A stretch of DNA of 64,000 nt, taken from the NCBI GenBank assembly GCA_937921305.1, contig CAKZSU010000006.1:1089-65088 (forward strand), in the 5' to 3' direction. Positions 9,451 through 19,193 of this stretch are shown here, in pieces (the stretch's first letter is position 1; each line of letters starts with the position of its first letter). The position numbers were made by a program, and so were the translations under genes. Under the pieces are notes generated by a model that ran no database searches, was not told the DNA's origin, and saw only the letters and a list, made by a program, of their open reading frames with translations. This DNA is from an uncultured Patescibacteria group bacterium (GTDB lineage: Bacteria > Patescibacteriota > Microgenomatia > UBA10105 > UBA927).

Positions 9451-10454
9451 ATAACGCTGTTATACACTGTTGTTGTTTCATCGACAACACGTCTCCATGT
9501 AAACTGTTTTACCCATGATAACGCCTTCTTTCCTTCTTTTTCTTTATCTTTTTGAAGAGCGATTCTAATCCCGCGAACGACATCTTCAATACTCCACGGA
9601 TTCACAAGAACTGATGGTCCGGCAATCTCCACAGGACTTGAAACATTTGACACAACACATGGTGTTCCACACGCCATAGATTCAACAATTGGAAATCCAA
9701 ATCCCTCGGCGTAAGAAAGACACAATGTTAGTCTTGCGAAAGAGTATATACTCTTCAATTCATCCGTTTCAACAAAACCCAATGTTATAATTTTTTTCTT
9801 CAACCCTTCTTTGTCGATAATTCTTTCTATTTCTTGTACTTCTTGTATCGATACATTTAAAAATGCTTTGCCAACAAGCACAAGCGGGATATCAATGTTT
9901 CTCATTGCGCGAAGCATGGTGGGAATATTTTTATTCCAATTGACATCACCAACATATAACAAATATTCATCAGGGAGACGATATTTTTTCTTAACCGATC
10001 GATCGTATGTCGGAGTAAATGAAGGATCCGGCGCGATAGGTACAACATGAACATTCGCATCAGGAACATGGACGATCCGAACGATATCGTTCTTTGACGC
10101 AAATGAATCAGTAATAATGGCTGAAACGCGTTGAAGTTTCCATTTTTGTATTCGCCATGCAATCGATCCTCGGATACCCGCAGGAAAGTGTTTTGGGTAT
10201 ACCAATGGAATAAGATCGTGAACCGTAACCACAACTGGTTTGTTTTTTATAAACGGCATCGTGAAAAAAAACGGATCGAAAAACGGATAGTGAATACAAT
10301 CAATATCTGGAAGATCGCGGAATGAAAGAAATTGATAATAGATATTGTTTTTATCAAACAAAGAAAACGCTTGAAGAAGAAGACGAAGATATGTCCCAGA
10401 TCCTCTCGCGGCATGAGCGTTACGAAGCGGCAAGATATTTATTCCGACGCGCAT
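9447..10454 (-). CDS. GT4 glycosyltransferase (MtfB/WbaZ-like)
   Basis: Start refined to MRVGINI; TVHDLIP, KNIP, EGFGFPIVESMACGTP. Confidence 0.9.
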   Translation of the reverse strand: MRVGINILPLRNAHAARGSGTYLRLLLQAFSLFDKNNIYYQFLSFRDLPDIDCIHYPFFDPFFFTMPFIKNKPVVVTVHDLIPLVYPKHFPAGIRGSIAWRIQKWKLQRVSAIITDSFASKNDIVRIVHVPDANVHVVPIAPDPSFTPTYDRSVKKKYRLPDEYLLYVGDVNWNKNIPTMLRAMRNIDIPLVLVGKAFLNVSIQEVQEIERIIDKEGLKKKIITLGFVETDELKSIYSFARLTLCLSYAEGFGFPIVESMACGTPCVVSNVSSPVEIAGPSVLVNPWSIEDVVRGIRIALQKDKEKEGKKALSWVKQFTWRRVVDETTTVYNSVI

Positions 10455-12009
10455 AGAAATAACGAAAAACGACAAAATTAATCATCAACGACAATGTAAT
10501 CAGAGACAGCGCATTTGCGCTCCTTCTTGTTTGCGTTTCTTCAAATATAGCTTCTACATTATACACGCCCCGTTCTGGAAGATTAATATCAATGACTCCG
10601 CGAGAATAATCGACAGGAATTTCCCGACCATTTGCTATTATTCGCCATCCCGGATAGTATGTTCTATGAATACGAAGGGATGTTTCTTGATTTGTTTCAA
10701 CAGAAAAAGACACAGATATGGATGTTTCTTGAACATTACGTATCTTCCCTCCTCCGCTGACAACGCTTGTATATCGCTCGCGAATCCACGGCGTCCAAAT
10801 AGTTGAAAAACTATTTCCAAGAGACGATGTTCCATCGGTGAATGAAGGATTATTCAGATAATACGAATCTTCTCTTGGTTCATAGGCAACAGGTCTCATA
10901 TAAGAAAAAGAAAGGACTATTGCTATTCCTCCAAAGAGGATAAGAGAGGTAATCCGACGAACAAAAAACGCGCCAAGAAATGGAATCGTTATCAGCAAAA
11001 TTGACAACAAACGCCATGGATATTGAATAAATTGAAGAAAGGAGATAATTCTCCAAATAAAATCTGACATTGGCAAAAGAAAGAATATTCCAATAAAGGA
11101 AAAAACAAAAAAAACTAGTCGAATCGGTGAATGTTGTTTCCATAAAAAAATAAAAGAAACTAGCAAAATAACCAATGGAACAATACCAATCTGCTGAGAA
11201 ATTTCTCCAGCAATAATACCTGGTTGAGAAAAATTTGTTCCCCATGATGGAAAGAGCAATTGCGTAATATGAGGAAAGTGATCGCTATAGGTGACGGTAT
11301 TCAACCCAATCACATACTGTCTTTCAAACAAAGCGGGAATCCAAAAATATGCACTTAGACCTATTCCTCCAATCAAAGAAATGAACGCATTTCGATAAAA
11401 CAACTCCGTAAATATAGTCAAAAATGGAATCATAATCATCGCCATGATATTGTGACTTACAATAATCAAAGCGATGCATAAAGAAAAAAGAATTACCCTT
11501 CTCCATACGATACTGGCTAATGCGCACCATGTCCACGCAATCGCCCACAACTCGCCAATAGATCCTCGAACATACACATCAACATAGAGATATGGAACAG
11601 AAAAAAACAACACAACCCCAAAGACTGATGAAATAACAGAATAATATCTTCTTAAGAAGATATAACAACCAATCATCGCAACAAAAAGACTCATGCCGAG
11701 ACTATACTGAAATGATTGAACAAGAGGAAATCCTAGCAGAAAAAATAATGAACCGACATAATTAGGAAATGGATAATGAAAAATAAATAAAGGAAATCCA
11801 TAACCGCTGTTTAATCCCGGAGCCCATCGAGGAAATATATGTCCCTCTCTCAACATTTTGGAAAATTCATAGATTCGAATTAAATGATATTCACCGTCAT
11901 GCGTTGGAATAAAACGATTCCCAAATAACGGAAATGCGGCGAACAACCAAAGAAAAAGGAGTATGCCAATCCCTACCGCTTCTTTTTTGTAACGATGTAT
12001 CGTCTCCAT
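10420..12009 (-). CDS. GT-C membrane protein, 'PTPS-related'/YfhO-like family
   Basis: Start refined to METIHRY; THDGEYH..R, PRW..LNSGYGFPLF, YVRGSIGE, QYPWR, YYPGW. Confidence 0.8.
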   Translation of the reverse strand: METIHRYKKEAVGIGILLFLWLFAAFPLFGNRFIPTHDGEYHLIRIYEFSKMLREGHIFPRWAPGLNSGYGFPLFIFHYPFPNYVGSLFFLLGFPLVQSFQYSLGMSLFVAMIGCYIFLRRYYSVISSVFGVVLFFSVPYLYVDVYVRGSIGELWAIAWTWCALASIVWRRVILFSLCIALIIVSHNIMAMIMIPFLTIFTELFYRNAFISLIGGIGLSAYFWIPALFERQYVIGLNTVTYSDHFPHITQLLFPSWGTNFSQPGIIAGEISQQIGIVPLVILLVSFIFLWKQHSPIRLVFFVFSFIGIFFLLPMSDFIWRIISFLQFIQYPWRLLSILLITIPFLGAFFVRRITSLILFGGIAIVLSFSYMRPVAYEPREDSYYLNNPSFTDGTSSLGNSFSTIWTPWIRERYTSVVSGGGKIRNVQETSISVSFSVETNQETSLRIHRTYYPGWRIIANGREIPVDYSRGVIDINLPERGVYNVEAIFEETQTRRSANALSLITLSLMINFVVFRYFYARRNKYLAAS

Positions 12010-13067
12010 AATATTAAAGACATAAGCATTACAAGAGGAAGCCACGTCACGGCTGTCCGAATGATCTGATTATATCCTTCATATTGTCTCGTCACGATAT
12101 AAGGAAGATTTCTTAATAGCAATCCAAAGCACAACGAAAAAGAAAACATATACAACAGACGATGAGATGTATATGGCAATAACACTAAGAATGACAAACA
12201 CCAAACAAAATACCACGGATACATTTCCTCTCGAAATGGAGAAATCATAAATATCACAAACATGAACCAATACGCCTGCGCAAACGATCTTGAAAATACA
12301 AGAAGTATCGTCGCCCCCTTTACGAGAACAGATAAACACCACAAAGCAAACTTAAAACGAGGTATCAGCAACGCCAATACAGCAAACGTCATCATCACCA
12401 TATCGTTGTGCCCTTCGTTTAATACAGTAATCAACACTAATGGATTCAAAGCAAACGCGGTGACATTCCATACGCTTTTTGTTACTCGCCACACAATATA
12501 CAAAAAGAAGAAGAAAAATGCAGCGACAAACCCTTTGAACGCGATAATTGCCACCCACACATGATTCATGCTCACAAGATGAGGAATAACCGTCAACGCA
12601 ATCCATGTCGGACCATAAAGCGCTGTTTTATTTGCGGCTCGAGTAAATGCAAGATTCGGTTCGTTTGGAATCTCAATCGGTCGAACTAACCACGGATTTT
12701 CCGTGTAAGTATAGACAACTTTCGATGTCAATATGTAATTGAATATGTCATACGAAAACGCCGGAAAAGAAAATAAAAATATCGCGCTAACAATCACGAT
12801 TATTTTTTTTATTTCAAAAAAAGTTAACCGTTGATGATGAACTAAATGAAGTGTCACCCCGTAAAACCCCCACAAGGAAAGCAAAAATACCACATACATC
12901 ATTCCCGCCCATCCTCGCTTCTCAAACACAAAATATTGCAATGGAGCATGTATTGTTTGATAGATTGGATGAGTCGAAAGGACAAGATTTTTGTCAACAA
13001 ACCCATATGAATATATGAGAAACAATAAAGCGATAAAAATATATCCCAGGATGACGAATTGTTTCAT
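11973..13067 (-). CDS. MptA/MptB-like (GT-C) polyprenol-phosphate-sugar-dependent transferase
   Basis: FSYDIFNY, NPW, YGPTW, ALNPLV, EGHND, YPWY resemble actinobacterial Mpt/GT87-type enzymes. Confidence 0.7.
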   Translation of the reverse strand: MKQFVILGYIFIALLFLIYSYGFVDKNLVLSTHPIYQTIHAPLQYFVFEKRGWAGMMYVVFLLSLWGFYGVTLHLVHHQRLTFFEIKKIIVIVSAIFLFSFPAFSYDIFNYILTSKVVYTYTENPWLVRPIEIPNEPNLAFTRAANKTALYGPTWIALTVIPHLVSMNHVWVAIIAFKGFVAAFFFFFLYIVWRVTKSVWNVTAFALNPLVLITVLNEGHNDMVMMTFAVLALLIPRFKFALWCLSVLVKGATILLVFSRSFAQAYWFMFVIFMISPFREEMYPWYFVWCLSFLVLLPYTSHRLLYMFSFSLCFGLLLRNLPYIVTRQYEGYNQIIRTAVTWLPLVMLMSLILWRRYIVTKKKR

Positions 13068-13576
13068 TGTCGAATGTGTTTTGCTTCTTCAAGAATAGAT
13101 CGCAAAGATAATAAAATCGGATCCTTTTTTTCATCCTGCCAAACAAATGATTTGGGAAGATAGTCTATCAATTGCTCAATAACTGTTGCATGCGTTACGG
13201 CTTGTTCGCGATGGCGTTTATACAATTCCGTTACATCTTTTCCTTCGCTCTTCGCCGCGTCTATATATCGCTGAATTTCTACCCAATATTGATTGGAACG
13301 CTTAAGAGCGTTTACGGCAAGAATATATTGTTTATATTCAAAAAGCGTTTTTGCTTCAACAAGATACTTATCAGACAATTCAGTGTAGTAATGAACTTTC
13401 GCGATATTTCCCCAATGCCAATAATATTGAAAGGCGTCTAAAATTTTCATGAGTATTCGCAGTTTGTTTCCTGGCATCGGACCTGGATATGGGAGAATAT
13501 ACTCAGCTCTAACAGTAAAACTAACAATGTGCAACATGAAAAGCATCATAACAATGCTTTTTATCACTTTCATCAT
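13064..13576 (-). CDS. Exported helical protein, DUF5667-like
   Basis: Signal peptide ending VRA; YILPYPGPMPGNKL motif; helical remainder. Confidence 0.6.
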   Translation of the reverse strand: MMKVIKSIVMMLFMLHIVSFTVRAEYILPYPGPMPGNKLRILMKILDAFQYYWHWGNIAKVHYYTELSDKYLVEAKTLFEYKQYILAVNALKRSNQYWVEIQRYIDAAKSEGKDVTELYKRHREQAVTHATVIEQLIDYLPKSFVWQDEKKDPILLSLRSILEEAKHIRQ

Positions 13577-14325
13577 GGTTCACCTTTCAAATATTTCCAA
13601 TAGGCAATTGGAACATGCAATGCAGAAAACAGTGAAAATAAAAATCCATATATTCCATCAATAAATCCTTTCTTTTGAATAAAAAATACAACGAATATTT
13701 TTATGGGCTGAAGAAAAAAATATGAAAAAAATGCTCTTTTTGAAATCTTTTTTCTTCTCAATTCATCAGCAGTCAACGATGTGTATGTATCAGCTTTTCT
13801 CCAATAATCCGCTATGGTTTCATAAGAATAGTGATAAAGATGATGAGTGAGATATCCAACAGAACCATCAACATCTATCTGCTCGTGAACACTTTTGCAT
13901 GGAAATCTTGCTTTTCCTCTTTTCACAAGTCGAATCACATAATCAGGATACACTCCTGTTTTTCTCATCCAATGTCCCCAAAAGTTATTTTTTCTTGGAA
14001 TAAAAAAACCACAATTCGTTGTTGTGTTGATTACTTCTTGAATTTCATTTTTTAATTCTGGAGAAACAACTTCGTCAGCGTCTAATTGCAAAATCCAATC
14101 AGATCGACAAGAGTCTAACGCTTTTTGCTTATTGATATGAAAAATTGGCGGATTGTCCGCATAAATAATTCTTGCGTTAAATCGTTTTGCTATATCCAAT
14201 GTGCCATCGGTGGATCCTCCATCGACAATCACGATTTCATCTGCAATATCAACAATAGAAGATAAGCATCGCTCTAGATATTTTTCTTCATTATACACAG
14301 CTAACGCGATAGAAAGTTTTTTCAT
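13573..14325 (-). CDS. GT2 glycosyltransferase (KdtX/WaaE-like)
   Basis: VYNEE, VDGGSTDGT, LQLDADE, YPDYVIRL, VHE, HYSY, GFIDG. Confidence 0.9.
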   Translation of the reverse strand: MKKLSIALAVYNEEKYLERCLSSIVDIADEIVIVDGGSTDGTLDIAKRFNARIIYADNPPIFHINKQKALDSCRSDWILQLDADEVVSPELKNEIQEVINTTTNCGFFIPRKNNFWGHWMRKTGVYPDYVIRLVKRGKARFPCKSVHEQIDVDGSVGYLTHHLYHYSYETIADYWRKADTYTSLTADELRRKKISKRAFFSYFFLQPIKIFVVFFIQKKGFIDGIYGFLFSLFSALHVPIAYWKYLKGEP

Positions 14326-15926
14326 TGTCTCGCTAAAATAAGTAAGGGAAACAATAATATAACGCTTGCCATAGAAACAATCGTTGATATCATCCGAAAC
14401 TTTGTGTCTTGAAAGACAATGCGAATTGCATGCTCACCTTGATCAACCCAAAATGTTATTCTCCCTCTCCATCGAGGATCTTGAAATTCTATATCAGCTC
14501 GTTGATTATTCACAAAGACATTCCATCCCGGAAAATACAGCGTGTTCTCAACCAATCGCGTTCGTTCTTTTGCGATAACATGATACTCTCTCATCGTCGT
14601 TATTCTTCGTTGTTCCTTAATGATCGCGTTTCCTTCAGCGATTTCCATATGAGAAGACGGCTCGAATTCCATAAACCGAACAGACCAAATGGGACTACTT
14701 TCTCCTGTATCTGTTGTGCTTTTGTACACTCCAGTAAAAAATGATTCATCGTATGTTTTATACGCTTTCGGTTTCCACATGTGAGCAGTGGACACAACGG
14801 CAATCACGCACAACAACAATCCAAGTATCGATTGATATCGTTTTCGGACTTGAACAATGACTGAAGCTCCAATAAGACTTCCAATAAATGTCGTCATGAC
14901 AAGTAATCGCCAAGGAAACTGAAATTTTTGCAAAAGAGAAATTTTCTCCCAAATAGGCAACGATGGAGATGTCATGAGGACAAGATATCCACAAAACATC
15001 GCCCATAACCCAAAAATCAATCCTTTCTTTTTTATAAAAATGGTTAAAAAGAAAAGAATAATCATCGGCATGCCAATTTCTTTTGTAAATTCATTCCCGC
15101 CACCATAGTTCCATGGAGAACGGAGAAATGATGCAAATGGAACCATTCGTTGTCCAATTTCTCCTTTTGTCACAATATCTCGCAATGTGTACTTTCCCTC
15201 AAAAAACGCTGGAAATAGAAAAAATGCCGATAGCAAAACACTATACATGCCAAAAAGAAAAACAAAAACCAAAAATCGTTTTTTTTGTTTAGTATGAATC
15301 ATCATGTATAGAACAAAGAACACTATACATGGAATCATCATGATGCTTACAGCATTATGCGACAACAACAATCCAGCGAGAGATAGAGAGAAAAACAATC
15401 CCCACAGAATTTTTCTTTTTTTTCTCGCCAAATCAGCAATTCCCCAAAGAATAAGCGGTAAAAAGATAAACGACACATGCTCTCCTATCGCGCCGCGAAC
15501 ATAAAGGTTTACAAATCTATACGGAGCGAATCCGTACAATATCGCGGCAACAATACCGGGAATAGTTCCCCAGAAATCTTTAACAAACCAATACATCGCA
15601 AGAATGCTTGCAGCATATCCAAAAGCAAACACTAACTTTACGCTATCAACGAGTGAAAATCCTATCGCATGAAAAAAAGAAGCGATGTAAGAAGGCAATG
15701 GATACAGAAACATAAGTACAGGATGACCAAAACCCCAATTCAAGTTATTTCCCCACCGTGGGATGATATTTCCTTCGGATAAAGATTGATAAAAATTCGC
15801 TATTCTTGCGACATGGTCTTGCCCATCATGCGTCACAGGCAATCCCGGAGACAGCAAAGAACGAAGAGGAAACAATGAAAGTATCATCAAAAACAAGGGA
15901 AAGAGCAATCGTTTATTCATAGACAT
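14322..15926 (-). CDS. GT-C membrane protein, 'PTPS-related'/YfhO-like family
   Basis: Start refined to MSMNKRLL; THDGQDHVAR, PRWGNNLNWGFGHP, YVRGAIGE, QFPWR, YFPGW, IEFQDP. Confidence 0.82.
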   Translation of the reverse strand: MSMNKRLLFPLFLMILSLFPLRSLLSPGLPVTHDGQDHVARIANFYQSLSEGNIIPRWGNNLNWGFGHPVLMFLYPLPSYIASFFHAIGFSLVDSVKLVFAFGYAASILAMYWFVKDFWGTIPGIVAAILYGFAPYRFVNLYVRGAIGEHVSFIFLPLILWGIADLARKKRKILWGLFFSLSLAGLLLSHNAVSIMMIPCIVFFVLYMMIHTKQKKRFLVFVFLFGMYSVLLSAFFLFPAFFEGKYTLRDIVTKGEIGQRMVPFASFLRSPWNYGGGNEFTKEIGMPMIILFFLTIFIKKKGLIFGLWAMFCGYLVLMTSPSLPIWEKISLLQKFQFPWRLLVMTTFIGSLIGASVIVQVRKRYQSILGLLLCVIAVVSTAHMWKPKAYKTYDESFFTGVYKSTTDTGESSPIWSVRFMEFEPSSHMEIAEGNAIIKEQRRITTMREYHVIAKERTRLVENTLYFPGWNVFVNNQRADIEFQDPRWRGRITFWVDQGEHAIRIVFQDTKFRMISTIVSMASVILLFPLLILARQ

Positions 15927-17559
15927 AAAGAATAACCCCCGGCGTTTCATTGAGATATCTTGCAATATATTGCACTCGTATTCCTTGATGATCTTCAAAG
16001 TAATTAGTTACATACAATGTTTTTTCGTTGCGTTCATTTTTTTTAATTGATCGAAACTCATAGACATCAAACGCGTGATGCGCGTCAAAACTTCCAGACT
16101 GTGTTCCTCCGTAATGATGGTACATCTTTGGATGATATCGAGAAAAAAATAAAAAAAACATATATGACGGGTAAGAGTATCGTTGACCCAATCGATTCGA
16201 GATAACAATCGAATCAAAAGCATCACGATAGTTTAGAAGATACTTCATTGCATCTGCGGCAGCGTATGAAAACGCTTCTGATTGGTCCCGAGGAAAAACA
16301 AAAAAATAATTTCTATAAAAATGATACAAACTTACACTAATAACAAAAAGAAATATAGCAACGGTTATTACGCTCTTTTTTAGAAGAGCATAACGAGAAA
16401 ACACGTGCCATAAACCAATCGCGCCAAATACTTGCCATGTTGGAAGAAATGTGTATGATCGCATCGCGTGCGGAGCTTGCGTTGTTATTGCTGCAGGGAT
16501 TGGAGAGGATAAAAACCATATCATCATAAAGAAAAAAACTTTTTTAGAAAACAGTTTATACGCTAAAACAAAGCCAATCAGAATAAATGGAAGCTCCCAT
16601 GGATACAATAATCCCATGTATGGAACTTTATGTGCTTCATACGCTTTTCCTTGAAATAGCCAAGAAAAGGAAAAATGCGACATATATTGCTGAAGAAAAA
16701 TTTTCAATGACGTTAATCGAGGATGATGCCATAACTGCACAAAGATATTCTTTTCTTCTCTTGCTTGAACAAACGCCAGCCGATCTCGTTCGTAAAACGG
16801 ATGACTTCCATTAAAGACCGTCGTTCCTTGAAACCGAATTAATCCCTTATCTGAAAATGTGACAAGAATCAGGGGAAAAAGAAGAATGAAGCAAAAAAAG
16901 AGAAGCACGATTATTTTTTTAAACTGTTTGAGAAGAACGCGAAAAAAAAGACCAAACAGTGAACAAACAATAATCGGAATAATAATTTTTTGACTTTGAT
17001 AACTATATAACGCCAAAACAAACGAAAAAAGTGAAAATGCAATAATGCTCGTCTTATTGCATTCATAAATATAGTAAAAAAACAATGCAATCCCTATCAC
17101 ACCGAACGCGAGACCAGCGTTTACTTCGTGTCCTAATCGAGATATATAGATATGCCATGGAGATATCGCCAATAAAACCATAGCGATCAATCCGATCCAC
17201 ATGTTCTTTGTTAAAATTTTCGCAAGAAAAAATGTTGCGACAACAGTAAGCAAAGAAAGAACGACCGAAGGCGCGCGAACCGCCTCGACAGTTAATCCAA
17301 ATATAAAAAGAAATGGAAGAATTAAATATACATACAACGCCGGTCTGTAATCATCGTATGCTCGAAGGAGAATAGGAAAAAATGTTCCATATTCATCTCT
17401 CCCCGTATGAAATATCGAGTAAGCGTTCCACCCCAAGGAAACTTCATCAAGAGACGGAGATGGAGGAACAGAGGAAAGATGATAGAAACGAAGGATAAAA
17501 GCGAATATAATTATGGCGATAAATATTATTGTTTTATGCATACCGAAATAATTTTGCAT
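15913..17559 (-). CDS. ArnT/PMT-like GT-C membrane glycosyltransferase
   Basis: SLDEVSLGWNAYSIFHTGRDEYG, DDYRPALY, ISPWHIYISR, PHAMR. Confidence 0.85.
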   Translation of the reverse strand: MQNYFGMHKTIIFIAIIIFAFILRFYHLSSVPPSPSLDEVSLGWNAYSIFHTGRDEYGTFFPILLRAYDDYRPALYVYLILPFLFIFGLTVEAVRAPSVVLSLLTVVATFFLAKILTKNMWIGLIAMVLLAISPWHIYISRLGHEVNAGLAFGVIGIALFFYYIYECNKTSIIAFSLFSFVLALYSYQSQKIIIPIIVCSLFGLFFRVLLKQFKKIIVLLFFCFILLFPLILVTFSDKGLIRFQGTTVFNGSHPFYERDRLAFVQAREEKNIFVQLWHHPRLTSLKIFLQQYMSHFSFSWLFQGKAYEAHKVPYMGLLYPWELPFILIGFVLAYKLFSKKVFFFMMIWFLSSPIPAAITTQAPHAMRSYTFLPTWQVFGAIGLWHVFSRYALLKKSVITVAIFLFVISVSLYHFYRNYFFVFPRDQSEAFSYAAADAMKYLLNYRDAFDSIVISNRLGQRYSYPSYMFFLFFSRYHPKMYHHYGGTQSGSFDAHHAFDVYEFRSIKKNERNEKTLYVTNYFEDHQGIRVQYIARYLNETPGVILYVYE

Positions 17560-17564
17560 TCAAT

Positions 17565-19193
17565 CTACGATGAAATTCGTATCGCTTCTATTCCATTTAA
17601 ATAATAAATTGTGTGTATGCTATGAGGAATTTCACTTGGCGTCCCAATGTAAAGAATCGTTCCATCGCGTTTTTCATTCTCCCATTGAATAGGACGAAAT
17701 CGAAACTTATCAAACGCATTTTGTGTTTCTTTAAATCCTCCAGATTTTGTACCTCCTTGTGAAAGATATAATGAAGGATCGTATCGCAAATGGAACAAAA
17801 AAAACATATGAGGCTGTTCCAATTTTGTTGAAACGACAATCGTTTCATATTTATCATAATGTTGAACCGCGTATTCAACCGCCTGCTTGTATCCATACTG
17901 CCAATACTCAGAATATTCATAATTTTGTTGAATAAAGTATGAAGAGAGATAATATGTAACATTCCATAACCCAACGATACACACAATAATAAAAACGCCA
18001 TAACGAATCCGATAGATTGATTTGAAAAGAAAAAATGTATATATCGTTCCAATAGCAATGACTATTTGAAATGTCGGAAGGAACACAAGCGTTCGTATAG
18101 CATGAGGCAATTCTGTTGTCGGGGACGCGGGAATAGGAGCAATCAACATCCATCCAAGAATAAAAAAGGCAACTTTTTTTCCATGCTGTATTAACCACAA
18201 TAAACCAACAAATAATAGCGGCAACTCGATATGATAAAGCAACCCCATTCTAGGGGCATGATGCCGAGCGTTATCACCCTCTAAAAACAACCACTTCAAC
18301 GAAAAATGAGAAAGATACCCATTGAGGATCGTTTTCGCATAAACAAATCGACGATTATCCAACAATAAACCAATCTGGCTATTCATCTCCCTGTCTCGCT
18401 CCAATTTTCTTACGGTATCTCTTAATAAACCAGTTGTATCCGCAAGCGTGCTTGTCCCCCTGAGTCTCATAAGCGTTGTTGGATTGGTAAATACTGGAAT
18501 TAATGGAAGGATGGTCAAAAATAATGAAAGAAAAAATAGACCAATATATCGTTTCCGTTCCCATATCTCTTTTCTAAAGGCAACAAAAAAAAGAAGAATC
18601 AACAAAGGTATGAAAACTCGTTGACTATGATACGCGTATAAACTCGCTCCCATAAGACATCCTGATACAACAAAAAAGAAAGGATTTCTTAACCCTCGAA
18701 GCAGGGCATAGATACCCCAAATGTTCAATGTCACTCCTATATTTGCTTCAAAGGCGATCCGAGAAAAATGAACATGCCACGGAGAAATCGCGAGAAGAAA
18801 CGCGCCAAGATATGGTAAATATTTCCATTTTTGCAGTAATGAAGCATGCCGAGAAAATTCTCTTACAAGAAAGAAAACGCCAATAACAGCGATTACACCA
18901 TTTATTGCAGCAGGCAAACGCGTAGACCATAGATCAAGGCCAAAGATTGCGACACTTGGAATCGCAAGATACATGTAAAGAGGCGGTTTGTAATCATCGT
19001 AAGATCGCAGAGACAATGGGAAGCGTTCTCCATACTCATCTCTTCCAGTCTTCAATATGGAATACGCATTCCATCCAAGTGCCGCTTCATCCCAATTTGG
19101 CCCAACCGGAACCTCGCCTAATTTACAAAAGCGAATCGCTATCGCAACAACAACAATACAAACTAATAAAAGATAATCTTTGAAACGATTCAT
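17565..19193 (-). CDS. ArnT/PMT-like GT-C membrane glycosyltransferase
   Basis: NWDEAALGWNAYSILKTGRDEYG, DDYKPPLY, ISPWHVHFSR, PHAIR, WQYGY. Confidence 0.87.
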   Translation of the reverse strand: MNRFKDYLLLVCIVVVAIAIRFCKLGEVPVGPNWDEAALGWNAYSILKTGRDEYGERFPLSLRSYDDYKPPLYMYLAIPSVAIFGLDLWSTRLPAAINGVIAVIGVFFLVREFSRHASLLQKWKYLPYLGAFLLAISPWHVHFSRIAFEANIGVTLNIWGIYALLRGLRNPFFFVVSGCLMGASLYAYHSQRVFIPLLILLFFVAFRKEIWERKRYIGLFFLSLFLTILPLIPVFTNPTTLMRLRGTSTLADTTGLLRDTVRKLERDREMNSQIGLLLDNRRFVYAKTILNGYLSHFSLKWLFLEGDNARHHAPRMGLLYHIELPLLFVGLLWLIQHGKKVAFFILGWMLIAPIPASPTTELPHAIRTLVFLPTFQIVIAIGTIYTFFLFKSIYRIRYGVFIIVCIVGLWNVTYYLSSYFIQQNYEYSEYWQYGYKQAVEYAVQHYDKYETIVVSTKLEQPHMFFLFHLRYDPSLYLSQGGTKSGGFKETQNAFDKFRFRPIQWENEKRDGTILYIGTPSEIPHSIHTIYYLNGIEAIRISS

